A stretch of DNA of 63,914 nt, counting the filler, from Vannella sp. (lineage: Eukaryota), in assembly GCA_023345925.1 (NCBI GenBank). It is 9 parts of 9 records of this genome, joined end to end, with 100 filler letters (N's around TTAATTAATTAA, not from the genome) between each part and the next. Parts side by side here need not be neighbours in the genome. Positions count along the whole stretch, not along the records: positions 6,725 to 13,458 come from JAJQQN010000416.1; positions 13,559 to 23,328 come from JAJQQN010000369.1; 7 more parts are not named here. One strand, 5' to 3'. Shown in pieces: positions 9,838 through 21,076 of this stretch (positions are counted from its first letter, which is position 1; each line of letters starts with the position of its first letter). The position numbers and the translations under genes are program-made. Below the pieces are notes generated by a model. That model had not been told where the DNA came from. It searched no databases and saw only the letters and a list, made by a program, of their open reading frames with translations.

Positions 9838-11055
9838 TCAATGCCACCCAAAATCTCTTCCTAAGAGAGTGAAGAGGCGCCGGTTGAAGGGTTCAAAGAA
9901 TTTGTGGAGGAGTTGTCGTGTGTGAGGGTTCAAAGGGGTGTAGTCCTGTGGCTTGTGAGAGTTACTTGCTCCTCCTCCCCAAGAGTGATCTAAGATGCCC
10001 GTGGACGTGAAGTTGAACCGTTCAATACGAAGAAAGTCCGTAATCTGATCAAGAACCGATGATGTGTTTCGATAGAAGTCTGTAGAGTCCACTACAAAGA
10101 TCTGTTCGCGTGGAAAGAGAGCTAGGTATCGTTCTACTTGATCATCATACAGGCTACGAGCCAGATAGGACGTGAACATGTACTGTTTGAGGTCCTTCCC
10201 TGACTCTATCGTCCACTTTGTGGCTCCTGCTCGATGATGAAGGACTTCAAAGCCTTCCTTCAAACAGACAGTGAGATCACACTTGTCTCCGTTATAGCAG
10301 TGCCGGAAGAGGTCGAGTAAAACGGGGAGATCCTCCATCTCTCGCTGAATGACCTCTTCGAAGGAGAGAGACTCCAGCCCCGCTCTCCTTTGCATTACGA
10401 AGTGCGAGTACGCTCGGTCGATGGGGTTACGAAGGAACATGAGAATGCGGGCCTGCGGAAGAGCTGCAGCGATGTAACGAGGAGCTGTGGGATGCTGCAA
10501 GTACGACGTGGAGTACTCCCCGCCCAGTCTCCCTTTGAACTGATGACCTGAAGGTACATCCCACTCGCTGGTGGGGGAGGGGAACATGGAAGAGTAGCGG
10601 TCTGGAGTCATCTGGAAGAGCCAAGGGAAGGAGAAGAAGTTGGCTTCCTTTACACGCACTGGCGCGACCTGAGGATGGAATGGGAGGTACTCTGAAAGAG
10701 AAGTTGATCCCCCTTTAGCTACACCCACGTAAAGAAAGGCTGGGGACCCAAGGAGAGGGTCGAGGAGGCGAGAAGGATCGATCAGCGGACAAGGGTTGCT
10801 CTTCCTGGCCTTTGAGATATCTTGGTGGATCTTCAGAGGCACCAAGCTTCCTATTTGGATGTTGCTGGGGATGTGGAGCTCTCCTGTTGAGTAAATGGTA
10901 GCATCAGGAAGCGACTCCGCTTGGTTGGAGCTGTAACGAGACAAGGGCGCTACTCCCACTCCTTCCAAGGAGTTCCTCGCTACTCCGTGTGCCTGCTCTT
11001 GCGACAGCCCCAGCAGAAAGAGAGCGCAGAGTGCCGGCCCTATCCACTGCACCAT
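9838..11055 (-). CDS. Membrane/secretory sulfotransferase (heparan-sulfate 3-O/N-sulfotransferase-like domain)
   Basis: 5'-PSB motif GVAKGGSTSL, KEANFF and 3'-PB motif LRNPIDRAYSHF. Hydrophobic N-terminus follows the ATG at 11055. Confidence 0.88.
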   Translation of the reverse strand: MVQWIGPALCALFLLGLSQEQAHGVARNSLEGVGVAPLSRYSSNQAESLPDATIYSTGELHIPSNIQIGSLVPLKIHQDISKARKSNPCPLIDPSRLLDPLLGSPAFLYVGVAKGGSTSLSEYLPFHPQVAPVRVKEANFFSFPWLFQMTPDRYSSMFPSPTSEWDVPSGHQFKGRLGGEYSTSYLQHPTAPRYIAAALPQARILMFLRNPIDRAYSHFVMQRRAGLESLSFEEVIQREMEDLPVLLDLFRHCYNGDKCDLTVCLKEGFEVLHHRAGATKWTIESGKDLKQYMFTSYLARSLYDDQVERYLALFPREQIFVVDSTDFYRNTSSVLDQITDFLRIERFNFTSTGILDHSWGGGASNSHKPQDYTPLNPHTRQLLHKFFEPFNRRLFTLLGRDFGWH

Positions 11056-11216
11056 CAAAGAATGAGAAAGCCGGCTCTCCCAGTCTCCCTCTTCCTCTGT
11101 TGCCACTCTAAACACTAGCAATGCCCCAAAAGCAAGGGAGACTGCCTTGCTTGGCTATCTTACGCAGCAAAGGGAAGAAAGAGGGGGAAGAGGGGTCGCA
11201 TGACCGAGACAAGGCT

Positions 11217-12543
11217 CTATTTCTTCTTCTTCTCCTTCCTTTGGAGGGAGCCAGGGCTTGACTTCTTGTCAGACTCGGGTGTGTACTCGATGCCAGCCAT
11301 CTTCGACAACTTTCTGTCCAAAGTGGCCTGCGCCACCTTGAAGATGCCTGTGGCTCGTAGAACGGGCTCAATGATGCCAAAGAACTTGCTCCAGGGGTAG
11401 GGAAGGACAAAGGCAACGACACGGACCACCGCAGAGATGCCTCCAATGCGGCGCTCAGTAACTAACGCTCGCTTGGCTAGCCACTGCCTTCCAGCGATCA
11501 CGTCCTCACGTGCCATGACCTTCTTGATCTCTACCATGGCCATGTTGTAGTACTGGATCGATTGGTTGAAGTCAAAGTTATCGGCCAAGTCGCGGGCTTT
11601 GCCAGTGTAAGTCTCAATCAGGGCAAGGCTAGACCCAATAGCGCCCTTCTTCAAGTCTGTGGGAGGTCCCATGGAGCTCTCAAGCTCTTCCATGCGGGAG
11701 ACGAGAACGTTGTACTTGATGCGAACGAGTTCCTTCACTTGGGCGTCGGTCTCCTCTGGGAATGATGAGTTGCAGGAAAGGAAAGGGGAATGGACCTCTC
11801 ACTCTCATAAGCGCGGTAGAGATAGGTCAGACCCTTCTTGTACATGGTCACGGAGGAGCGGACGTTCCCTTCATTCTCCTCCTCTTTGGCTTGGGTGATC
11901 CATTTGGCTGCTTCATCAAAAGCAGCAACGACTTCAGGGTCCTTTGGGCCAACCAGTGCCTGGTTCTCCTCCACTGTCATCGAAAGAGGTTGATTGAGCT
12001 CAGAAGAGGCATAAGAAGGCGCAGCATCATCCTCAGTGACATCCTCAAAAGGTGAATCTGGTGCCTCTTTCTTCTGCTTTCTAACGTCAGCGCTCTGCTT
12101 GAGCTGGTGGGGTTGGTTGCTTACCGTTTCGATGGTTGGGCCAAACGATTGCTGGTCTCTGGACAGGTTGTAGCTGTTGTCAGACACTGGAATATCCGCT
12201 GCAAGTGCGTTAGGCTAAGCGAGATTGGAAGGAGAAGGAGACGCTCACCAAACTGGCGCTCAAGGTCAGCAATATCCGTCTCCTGGGAAGGCGTCTCAGG
12301 GAATTGCTCTTGAAGGATGATGAAGCGAAGGTGCTCCATCCGTTGGATGTACATTTCGCTCTTCTTCTTGATGAGATCTTTCACCTTCTCGTCTGCAGTC
12401 TCTTCGTTAGCGGCCTGGAAGTGCTCCAAAGCCACAGAGTACAACTGAACGGCTTCGTTGATGTTGCCCTTTTGGTCTTCAACTGTGGCAGCTTGGACAG
12501 CCGCCAATCCCAAGGAGAGAGCGCTTTTCTTTGGGTCTGCCAT
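11217..12543 (-). CDS. Protein with tandem MIT-like domains (2-3), ESCRT-III-binding type
   Basis: AVQAATVEDQKGNINEAVQLYSVALEHF...KKKSEMYIQRMEHLR, plus a second unit AKWITQAKEEENEGNVRSSVTMYKKGL...KYNVLVSRMEEL. Three ORF segments are linked by short introns. Confidence 0.75.
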
Positions 12544-12666
12544 GCTGACTGAGACTACGGCCAGGCAGGTGGTTGAAAATGGTCCTTATTTTGATTACCC
12601 GAGGAACGAGGGTTCTCACCAAATAGCGAAGCCAACAGCCGTTATATTCGTAACAAAAGTGACCGT

Positions 12667-13458
12667 TTACTTGACGGGAGCATGGAGTTGGGTGTAGAAA
12701 GCGGTTCTCCTCTTCTTGGCAGCCTGTCCCTTCTTGTTCTTGATCTTGCGGATCTCAATCTCCTTCTCGGTGAGAGCACGCTTCAGACCAGGAGCAGAGC
12801 GGCGGATCTCGGCACGGCGGGCAGTGGTGATGTAAGGGTTAAGCTTAACCATGAAGCCAAGGTTCTTAAGGGGGTTCTTCTTGCGGGCACGGAACTCACC
12901 GTTGCCCTGCTTGGGTCGGAGGACGGACTGGATCTCGTCAGAGTTGATGATGGAGGTCAAGTCAGAGTTGGACATCTTGGAGCGGGGGACCTTGAAGCCC
13001 TTCTTGAGAGAAGAAGCAACCTGTTGGGATCCGTAGACGTTGTCGAGCTGCTTGAAGGCGCCCTCAGTCCAGAGGATGAAGCGACCCAAGTGACCACCGG
13101 GAGCGAGACGGAGGAGGTTCAGGCGAGAGACCTGGCACAACTCCACACCGGGGAGGTTGCGGAAGGCGCGGGTCAGAGGACCGGCCTCGTCGTAGCAAAT
13201 AAGGGGACCGACACGTTGAGTGAAACGGCGGTTCCTGCGCTTTCCGGTACCAGCACGGAGGGTCTTGGAGTCCTTGACACGCTCAACGTCATCATAGGCA
13301 TTGACGCTCTTGAGGAGGGCGACGGCGGCCTTGGTCTTCTCGAGTCCAGAGATAGCGTCATTGGAGATGACGAGGGGAACCTCAGGAACGTTGTCGATGC
13401 TGTGACCACGGGCCATGACCAGGGATGGGAGGGCACTGGCAGCCAAAGCGGCGCAGAC
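12667..13458 (-). CDS. RPL4: 60S ribosomal protein L4 (uL4), 5' truncated
   Basis: Contains ALPSLVMARGH, AFRNLPGVE, LNLLRLAPGGHLGRF, INSDEIQSVLR and KNPLKN. Confidence 0.97.
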   Translation of the reverse strand, partial: VCAALAASALPSLVMARGHSIDNVPEVPLVISNDAISGLEKTKAAVALLKSVNAYDDVERVKDSKTLRAGTGKRRNRRFTQRVGPLICYDEAGPLTRAFRNLPGVELCQVSRLNLLRLAPGGHLGRFILWTEGAFKQLDNVYGSQQVASSLKKGFKVPRSKMSNSDLTSIINSDEIQSVLRPKQGNGEFRARKKNPLKNLGFMVKLNPYITTARRAEIRRSAPGLKRALTEKEIEIRKIKNKKGQAAKKRRTAFYTQLHAPVK

Positions 13459-13558
13459 NNNNNNNNNNNNNNNNNNNNNNNNNNNNNNNNNNNNNNNNNN
13501 NNTTAATTAATTAANNNNNNNNNNNNNNNNNNNNNNNNNNNNNNNNNNNNNNNNNNNN
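13459..13558. other. Artificial contig linker
   Basis: N44-TTAATTAATTAA-N44. Confidence 0.98.
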
Positions 13559-14216
13559 CATGAATCCTTTGCAGAAGAGATGGGCTGGTGCAGTTCCCCC
13601 TCCACACCAACAGGGACACCCGACTCAAAGCCTCACTTTCTCCCCAACTACCCCAATTTCGGTGTTTTCCACTGAATATACGTTCATGCGTGAAACAGGA
13701 GGTGAAGTTTCGCATCCGCCTGTTGGGTCTGAGTTGCTACACCTCGGAACGTTTTCAGTTGGAAATCCTTCAAGACTTCCTTGGCAGAGACCCGAATCGG
13801 TGCCACTGATAAACAAGTTGTTTTCTTTTTCTTCTGCTGGATGTTATCAATGGGATGGCTCCTTCAGGTCTCCTGCAGGCATTATTACCAAGTCCACACT
13901 GCTCACATCCTTCATCCTGGAGAGATTCCTCTCCCGACCCAAGCTTTACTTTTTTGACAAGCAGGAGTTTCATCTGGAGACCACCGCCCCAAAAGGCGCT
14001 TTTGAACAAAGCCCGCATGGAGCACCGCAGGAAGTTATTTCCTTCCCTCCTCTCTTCCTACCTCCTGTTCTCCCTTGTCTCCTCCTTCTTGACATCCCAT
14101 CTTGTCCACAAAATGTCCATCCAACAATTGCTAACCCTTTCGTTCTCCTCCGATCAGAGTTTCTGGTCGATATAGAGGGACTCTCAAGTTTCTGTGGCGG
14201 TGCTGTATGTATTGGC

Positions 14217-15530
14217 TCAGATCTCCTTCTTTTGATCTATCAAGTTGTCCATCCTGGCAACGAGATTGTCCAATTTGTTGGTGGCTTGGGTTCTCTTCTC
14301 TTGGCGAGCTTGGTACCACTTGTGGGCATCCTTATTGCCTGTGGAAGCCATAAGATCAGCAAACTCTTTGTCTTTCGTCCTCATGTGTCGTGTTTCTTCC
14401 TCCCAAAGGAAACGAGGGAACTTGTTTGGGTGGTTGGGAATGACGCGATCATTCAGCTCCCTCTCATGCTCCACTTTGCGAGCCTCCACCAAGCGCAGGT
14501 AGAAGGAGTCCTTGATTTCTTCCACTCGATCAAACCTGGCCTCCACCAGCCTCAGGTCGTCCAGCAAGGACATGAACAAATCTCGACTGAGACCGTACAA
14601 CTCGTACAGAAGGTCCTTATTGAGGACAAACCACGAAGCGTCAAAGTAGCAGGAGAGATCAGGGTTCTCTTCGATGAACTGAACGACCATCTGCTGATCG
14701 ATTGTGGACGGTTGGAAGTCCACCAACGAGATCTTGTTGAGCTCCTCGCCTTGATCCTGCTGTTCTATCATCTCCTTCAAGTGTTCATAGAGCTCGTTCC
14801 TGTCTGCAATGTCAGAGCGATAGGTGAGAGGCGTAGGTATCCATACCTAAGGTAGCGCTGCTTGAGCTCATCACTGGTCCTACTTCGAACAGTGGCCTCG
14901 TTAACCATCCATTGATCGAGCCAGGTGCGGTCAGATAGCTCTGTGCAGCCGCCAAGCTCCTAAGCGGGGGAAAGTAAGTGCAATTCAGAACCTTCCCCGT
15001 CCTACTTACTTGCACTTGCTGCAATTGGTGTTGTCTCTCTAGTTGAGAGACGTAGATGTTCTTCTGATACTCTCGCTCCATTAAACGGAAGCCCTCAGCG
15101 TATCCCACGCGATGTTCCTTCATCAGAGCCACTTGGGTGTTGATCCAGATGTCGCGAGGGTGATTGTAGAACATGCGGTCGCGTGAGATGAAGGAGTGCA
15201 CATGGCTGTTTTGGTTAGGGAAGCGCTTGTTCCAATGGTCTTGGATAACGTCCTCGCCAAAGAGGATTTGAGGGAACTTCCGTCCATCATCGTAGAACAC
15301 TTCATCCCAGAACACACATTAGAACGTTATTCCAACCCCCTTAGAGTCACGAGTAACGCACAGTTCGCAGGGCGGATCCCTCCCGCGGCCTTGAGGAAAG
15401 CAGACTTTTTGTAGAAACCACACGCCAGCTTACGCTCCAAGTCCCCAAACCGATCTTTGATCTTGTGGTACGGGTTGAAGTAGAACTTGCTCCCTCGGAA
15501 GCGGACGCCCTGATACGTGTAGAAGACCAT
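14217..15530 (-). CDS. Multi-exon protein with a possible mitochondrial ribosomal mS23 (Rsm25)-like N-terminus and a helical C-terminal extension
   Basis: Spliced sequence GIRPANLFYDDGRKFPQILFGEDVIQDHWNKRFP...PRDIWINTQVALMKEHRVGYAEGFRLMEREY loosely fits the mS23 pattern PxIxxxEDxIxxxFxxxxP...QxxLM. The family call is tentative. Confidence 0.45.
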
Positions 15531-15633
15531 GCTTCCACCCCACAATGAACTTCCTCTTGCTCAATTTTTATTTGTCAGTCTAAGTCCATGAATTATTTGA
15601 TCAGGGCAATGATTGAGTTTTCGTCATTTGCTG

Positions 15634-16486
15634 ATGGAGAAGTACCGGCGCGTGGAGAGAGACTCTGAGGAGCCAGAAGAGAATGAGATTCGCGTACCAG
15701 GCAAGCGCGATGTTAGCTTGTCGGTGAAACGAGCTGTTGCTGTGTTGCAGGTTAGTCTGGGAAGTGAAAGGGTTTAGTCACCACTACCTGGCGCTTACTA
15801 TGGATACAAGTCAGGCCAGCCTCTTGTGCTAAAGGGTATTGGAAGTGCTATCTCCAACGTGGTGTTGACAGCGGAGATCGTCAAGCGACAGGTACCTGGT
15901 GAGCTCCATCAAGTAAGGACCAATCGTCCTCCCTCACCAATAGGCTCACGAGGGTGACTATCAGCTTACTCAAACCGAAGTGAAAGACATAAGCGACGTC
16001 TATGAACCTTTGGAGGAGGGTCTTCGCCAGGTAGTGGTGAAGAAGCAAGTCCCCATGCTTCGCATCATTCTCTCCGCAACAGCGTTGCCAGGTTACCAAG
16101 CCCCTCTTTCTAAGGAGGAACGAGATGTTGTAATCAATCAAGACAGAGGGAGGAGAGCCCCAAGAGCCCAGGTCCAAACGGAAGCGGAAGGGGAACCGAA
16201 GCCCAATCGAGGTGGACGACGAACCCCAAGTCGCGGACGAGGACGCGGAAATGGGAGACGCGGGCGTGGACGCTCTGGCGTCACTGAAAATTGGAAGCAA
16301 GCCTCAGAGGTCGAGCCCACCGCCAACCCCAAAGAGGGAGATGAGGGCGGCGAGGCCAAGGTCAAGAGAAGGCGCTCACGAGGAAGGGGAAGACGAGGAG
16401 GAGCACGTGGTGGAAGGGGCTATGGAGGGCGCCCAGAAGGAGAGAACACTCCCGCTGGCAATGATCCTGCTCCATTGTCAACCTAG
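15634..16486 (+). CDS. Alba-family (Rpp25-like) nucleic-acid-binding protein with an RGG tail
   Basis: MEKYRRVE..ENEIRV, KGIGSAISNVVLTAEIVKR, LHQ|LT, DVYEPLEEGL and GYQAP motifs. Introns at 15751-15810 and 15913-15965. Confidence 0.88.
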
Positions 16487-16643
16487 AACTATAAACTAAC
16501 CCAGAAGACCTCAAGTATGCACCATGGGAGCCTAAAGGGGCAACCACACCAAGCCAAAGGGGCTTGGTTCTTGGTTTAGTGAGATCTCCAAGGAAAGACA
16601 CCTTTTATCATCTACAACGGTGGCAAGATGAGAGCAGTACTCA

Positions 16644-17434
16644 TTAGATGGCTCTCTTGACCTCAAAGAATCTGCAGAAGGGTGTTGGACTAGAGCAAAA
16701 GGCATCCCCTCTGCTGGACTCACCTTCGGAGGATGTACACTTGCCAGACGCTCACACTGATGAGGAGGACGTTCTCCAGGATACTGAACCAAAGAACACG
16801 AGAGTTGGTGCTCTCCGTGGCTGCCAGCGGTGAGCAAAGGGACGAAAACGGAAAGAATCACTTACTGTCTCGGTGTACCGCCTCACGAACGCGGTTATAC
16901 TTCTCTTCCCCTTGAACAGAGTGGAGTCCATCCGCCAGTTGCATGATTGAGCTCTGAAGAGGGGAGATCAGAGGGAGAGTTTCACCTGCGTTCTTCTTCT
17001 GGCTCTCTGGCAGCTTCAGGTCAGTACGCGCTAGTAGAGTGTTCCCTTGTAGACATACCACGTCCAGAGACGATTGAAAGAACGATCTGCTCCTCTGTGC
17101 GCTGTGTGCCGATGGTCAGGAGCAAGTTGATCTTCTTGGAGGTAACGGTGGACATCTGGTTGGAGAAGCAGAAGGAGTAGATTCCCTTGATGTGCGCTAC
17201 AAAGAAGTATTTCCCCTCGGAGTCGCGAGAGAGCAGGTAGAGCACCTCGTTGCCGGGACCAGACACAGTCACGTCGATGTCGCGGGCGCCACCTTCCATG
17301 ACCTGGAACTGCATGGATACGTCTGTTCCCTTCATCAAATCATGGTAGAAGCAGTCCTCGACTTTGGGGGGCACCACAAAGTTAATCGCGCAAGAGAACC
17401 CGACAAAGGCGAGCAGGAGCACCGACAGTCTCAT
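16644..17434 (-). CDS. p24/emp24/TMED cargo receptor (GOLD domain)
   Basis: Signal peptide, EDCFY, GGARDIDV, YSFCFSNQMSTVTSK, ESTNSRVLWFS and C-terminal FFEVKRAI*. Several short introns. Confidence 0.92.
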
Positions 17435-17574
17435 CGGGCAGAGAAAGGATCACCACATTGATTCATTGTCCACAGAACTATTTTATTTGCTTCGTGATGG
17501 TCGTTTGACCGATTTAGCTTATCTCCAGGTAATTTATCCCTAACTTCACCACGATCGTTTGCCATCATTTGTTT

Positions 17575-19861
17575 ATGGAAGGCGGCGCGGGGCCACGACT
17601 ATTGAAGAGCGCACTGGGAGCGTCTCTTGTAGCGGCGGTTACAATGCAGTTGATCAATGTGCAGCGGTATGTGAGAGATGATCTGGCTTCTTGTCTCCTT
17701 CCGGGTCAGAGCTCTTCAGTGTACGATTTGACGCTGTCAGACGGAAGTTGTGCTCTCCGTTCGGTTCTTTGGCCCACTCTGAACCGGCTGGTCGAGGAAG
17801 GACACCTCACAATTGGATGCTTGATCAGCATCAAAGCGGCTCGCTGTTGGTTTGACGAGAGCCAAGTAGGAGGGGATCCCATCCTCCTGCTTCAGGATCT
17901 TCAAGTTCTCACAGGAATCGAAGTGCCCTTGCCCACTCAGGAGCTCCCTCTGCTGGGAGACTTCTCAAAGAGTACAGTCCCACTTCTGGGTCAGCGAGGA
18001 TACTACTCTCCCATGTGGGACGACGATTGCTTTCCCGAGAGTAACGACGTTTCGATCTTTCCAGCCTCTCTCCCTTTGGTTGAAGAGGGCGATATACTTG
18101 CGATTGAATCTAAGAGGGCCACTATACCAGCTATCATCCACAAGTACCAGACTTCCCAACAAGCAAGTGTGAGCTTCCCGGCGACTGCATTGATTGGGAG
18201 AGTCATCCAGAAGACCCCGATCCATCACTTTGCCACGGGAAAGGACCGAAAGAGAAGGTTCCCTATGAACTTCCAACTGCAACTGGCAGCTGACCAAGCA
18301 CAAGTGACACTGACAGTGTGGAACAGTGCGTGTGCCAAGTACTATGAAGGAGTGCAGATTGGCATGGTTCTCTGTGTAGAGAAGTTTAGAGTCCAGAAAA
18401 ACCAACTTACTGGCACCCTGGAAGTCTCAGTTAACTCTCAGAATCCGTCTGGGCTCATCAGACAACTTCCTTTTGATTTTTCTTTTTGTGAGTCGGTGGA
18501 AAGTGAGGAGGACTCGGACATCCAAGAGTCTCTGATAGATCTTCGTTTATTGAAGTTCCACAGCGAACGCGAGTGGATGATCTCCGTTCCTGACGGGTTT
18601 GTGTTCGACTTGGCTGGGCGAATCACTTTTGTTGGTCGATTGGAGCGTGAGCGCAAGGAACAGGCTACATTCGAAGACGGCCAAGCAGTCCAGTCGACTT
18701 TCGATCCTCCAGTGTCCTTCCTGCAGTACAGATGGATTACCGTACGAGATCTACTCCACCCCAATGTTGAGCTTGTCATGAAAGTGTCTACTTGTGGACG
18801 GGGCACTGCCCTCCAGGATATGGAGGTGGGCCAAAAGCTTTTGTTCTATAACATCTCCCTCAGTAGTGTCTGGGATTGCTTCTTCCGGAAGATTTTCTTG
18901 CACACAATTTCGGGCTCGCAAGTCATTCCCTTAGTCTCTGTCGTTGAGAACAATTGGGCCTCCCAAGCATCGACAAATATGATCATACAGGCTTTACAAA
19001 AAGACCATAGGGCTACTCGGACAGCGAAGCCAAATCAAAGTGATCTTCAAGTCAATAACTACTTTTACCCAGCAACGGCTTCTGTTTTCCTCTATAGTAG
19101 CGAATTAGATGCCCTCCTCGGCCTCTGGAGACAGAAATTGATTTATTTTAGGTAGGATGGTCGATTGCTTAGGAGAAGCAACTTACCGCAACCTTTAGAG
19201 ACTTGATAGCCATGCGGAATTCGTTGCTCTTTCGAGAGCATGCTCAGTGTGCCACTCAAGGATACATCAAAAGCATCAGATTCCTGGGAAAAGGTGCCAC
19301 TCCTCTCTCCCTCAACCCCAGCAGAGTGTGATTCTAACACACTTTCAGTGGACTCTTCAGGCCTGAACTCGCCGGGTTCTCCATTCAAAGGGACCAGAAT
19401 CACCTCAAACGGTAAGCAGAGGGGTTTAAATGTTGATAGAAGCTCTGATAATCATACTAGCAGATGCATCACAAGAACAAGGGTCCGCCATTGGGATGGA
19501 ATTGACTTTGCAGAATTTGAATCGTTCGGAGGAATTTACTCTTCAATCGCTCATTAGGTGTGATCCTGCAGCTTCTGAATTTCAGTCCACAATGGCAGCT
19601 CTCATCAACTTCTTTCCTGCAGCTCTTTGCAAGTTAGAACGGCCCAACTTTCTCCAAGTCCAATCACCCACCACACAAATGGATGCCAAATCAGCGTTTT
19701 ACAACTTCCGCCACCGTGTGCTTGACACTGAGGCCCTTTCTAATGAGACGATGGCCTTCGTTATTCATCTATTCCGTCCCAGCGGAGCCGAAGTCGAAGC
19801 CTACCTTCTCCCACCCCATCATCTCCCTCAGCCCTCCCATCGGACCCGCACTGGTCCATAA
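17575..19861 (+). CDS. RADX: RADX-like multi-OB-fold ssDNA-binding protein
   Basis: Collinear motifs recalled from RADX: VQRY, YDLTLSDG, LxPxLNxLV, PLLGQRGYYSPMW, VWNSACAKYY, EVSVNSQNP, FDLAGRITFVGRLER, YRWI and, after an intron at about 19152-19198, LLFREHAQCATQGYI. The 3' exon structure is approximate. Confidence 0.75.
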
Positions 19862-19943
19862 AAGATAGGATCACTGCGGCAAGGTTTTCCAGATGTGAAA
19901 GAGGTGCTTCTAGAGCTAGAATCCTCGGTCGCGAGATTGAGAG

Positions 19944-20534
19944 TCAAGGTAAGGGCACCAATGTGTCCGGGCGAAGGTACATATTGGTGTTCGTTGATGA
20001 CAGCTCATTGCAGGTCTCGATTCCGATTCTATCTGACAAATCGAGGCTTGAAGATAAGGGGGTTTTGAGAAGATCTCTGAGGATTCTGATGGCCCTTTCC
20101 CAATTCGCAGCGCTCGGATTCTCCACGAGAGTGCATGCCAGATTCCAATGGAATCCTTCTCCAGGCAGGATCTCACTGGCGTTTAACGTTTCATGCTTCG
20201 TGCTGAGTTCTCGTCTCTCGTCGTCAAGTAAGCTTCTCTCCCTGAGGAAGTCTTGCCTACCTTGTTCTCTTTCATCTCCTTGTGCGAAGGGAATCGGTGA
20301 TGAAAGGCCAGATGGGCGAAGTGAGTTGCCTTGCTCTTCCGAGTGATGGCAAGCAGGGGCTGGGTTGGATGTGCCTGTGGTAGTCCAAGACGTATACTTT
20401 TGGGATTCGGAGAAAGACTGCTCGCTGGCGCTGGGCGGTTCGTTGTCTTCCGTGAGTGGCTCATCAAGAAATGACTTTGCGTAAAGATGTTTCCCGCCCA
20501 AAAATTGGCTGAGCCTGTTAGCGGTTCTTGTCAA
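19944..20534 (-). CDS. Hypothetical protein (start uncertain)
   Basis: 196-codon ORF filling the gap between genes; no recognisable domain. Confidence 0.35.
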   Translation of the reverse strand: MTRTANRLSQFLGGKHLYAKSFLDEPLTEDNEPPSASEQSFSESQKYTSWTTTGTSNPAPACHHSEEQGNSLRPSGLSSPIPFAQGDEREQGRQDFLRERSLLDDERRELSTKHETLNASEILPGEGFHWNLACTLVENPSAANWERAIRILRDLLKTPLSSSLDLSDRIGIETCNELSSTNTNMYLRPDTLVPLP

Positions 20535-20599
20535 AATCTAGTGCTCCAGATAGATTATACCAATTTATTGGATGAATTTCTTGTTCATTTGGAAGCTGA

Positions 20600-20968
20600 A
20601 TGACAGCGAAGGCGGCCGCGGACACCGTTCGGTTGGTGACTGCTCAGAGTGGCCGATCGTTTCGAATGTGGAAGATCAGCGCGTGGTTGACGTTGGCTAT
20701 GATCAACGTGAACATTGCGGAGCAGAAGGGCCGAGGGAAGGTGCGATGGGGACTGATGTCGCTCATTTCGGGTCCCTTGGCCACTGGGTTCCTTACTTTC
20801 TCCACCTCCTATGCGTATCTAAGTGGGAATCCAACTACACCCACTCCACAAACCTTCACCAAGGACCAGCCGACAAAAACCTCCATCCAACTGGACGCCC
20901 CCGCCACCACCCCCCGTCCTTTGTCCGCTCCCATCGTCCCAGAGGCCTCTCCAAGTCCTGAAGAGTAA
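20600..20968 (+). CDS. Small hypothetical protein with 1-2 hydrophobic segments
   Basis: 122-codon ATG ORF with hydrophobic stretches and a Pro/Thr-rich tail; no recognisable domain. Confidence 0.45.
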   Translation: MTAKAAADTVRLVTAQSGRSFRMWKISAWLTLAMINVNIAEQKGRGKVRWGLMSLISGPLATGFLTFSTSYAYLSGNPTTPTPQTFTKDQPTKTSIQLDAPATTPRPLSAPIVPEASPSPEE

Positions 20969-21076
20969 TAGATGTTCCTTTATCCCTCTTGCCTCCTCTT
21001 GATCGTGAATAGGCCACTACAAAGCTCACACGAACCGAAGAACCGAGTTTATTACACGACGAGGGACCTGATCACC

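Noticed and set aside
12682..13506. 274-aa plus-strand ORF
   Set aside because: It is the antisense shadow of the highly codon-biased RPL4.
13560..14855. 431-aa plus-strand ORF
   Set aside because: The 3' half mirrors the minus-strand gene and no domain is recognisable. I could not resolve whether 13559-14200 holds a real gene fragment.
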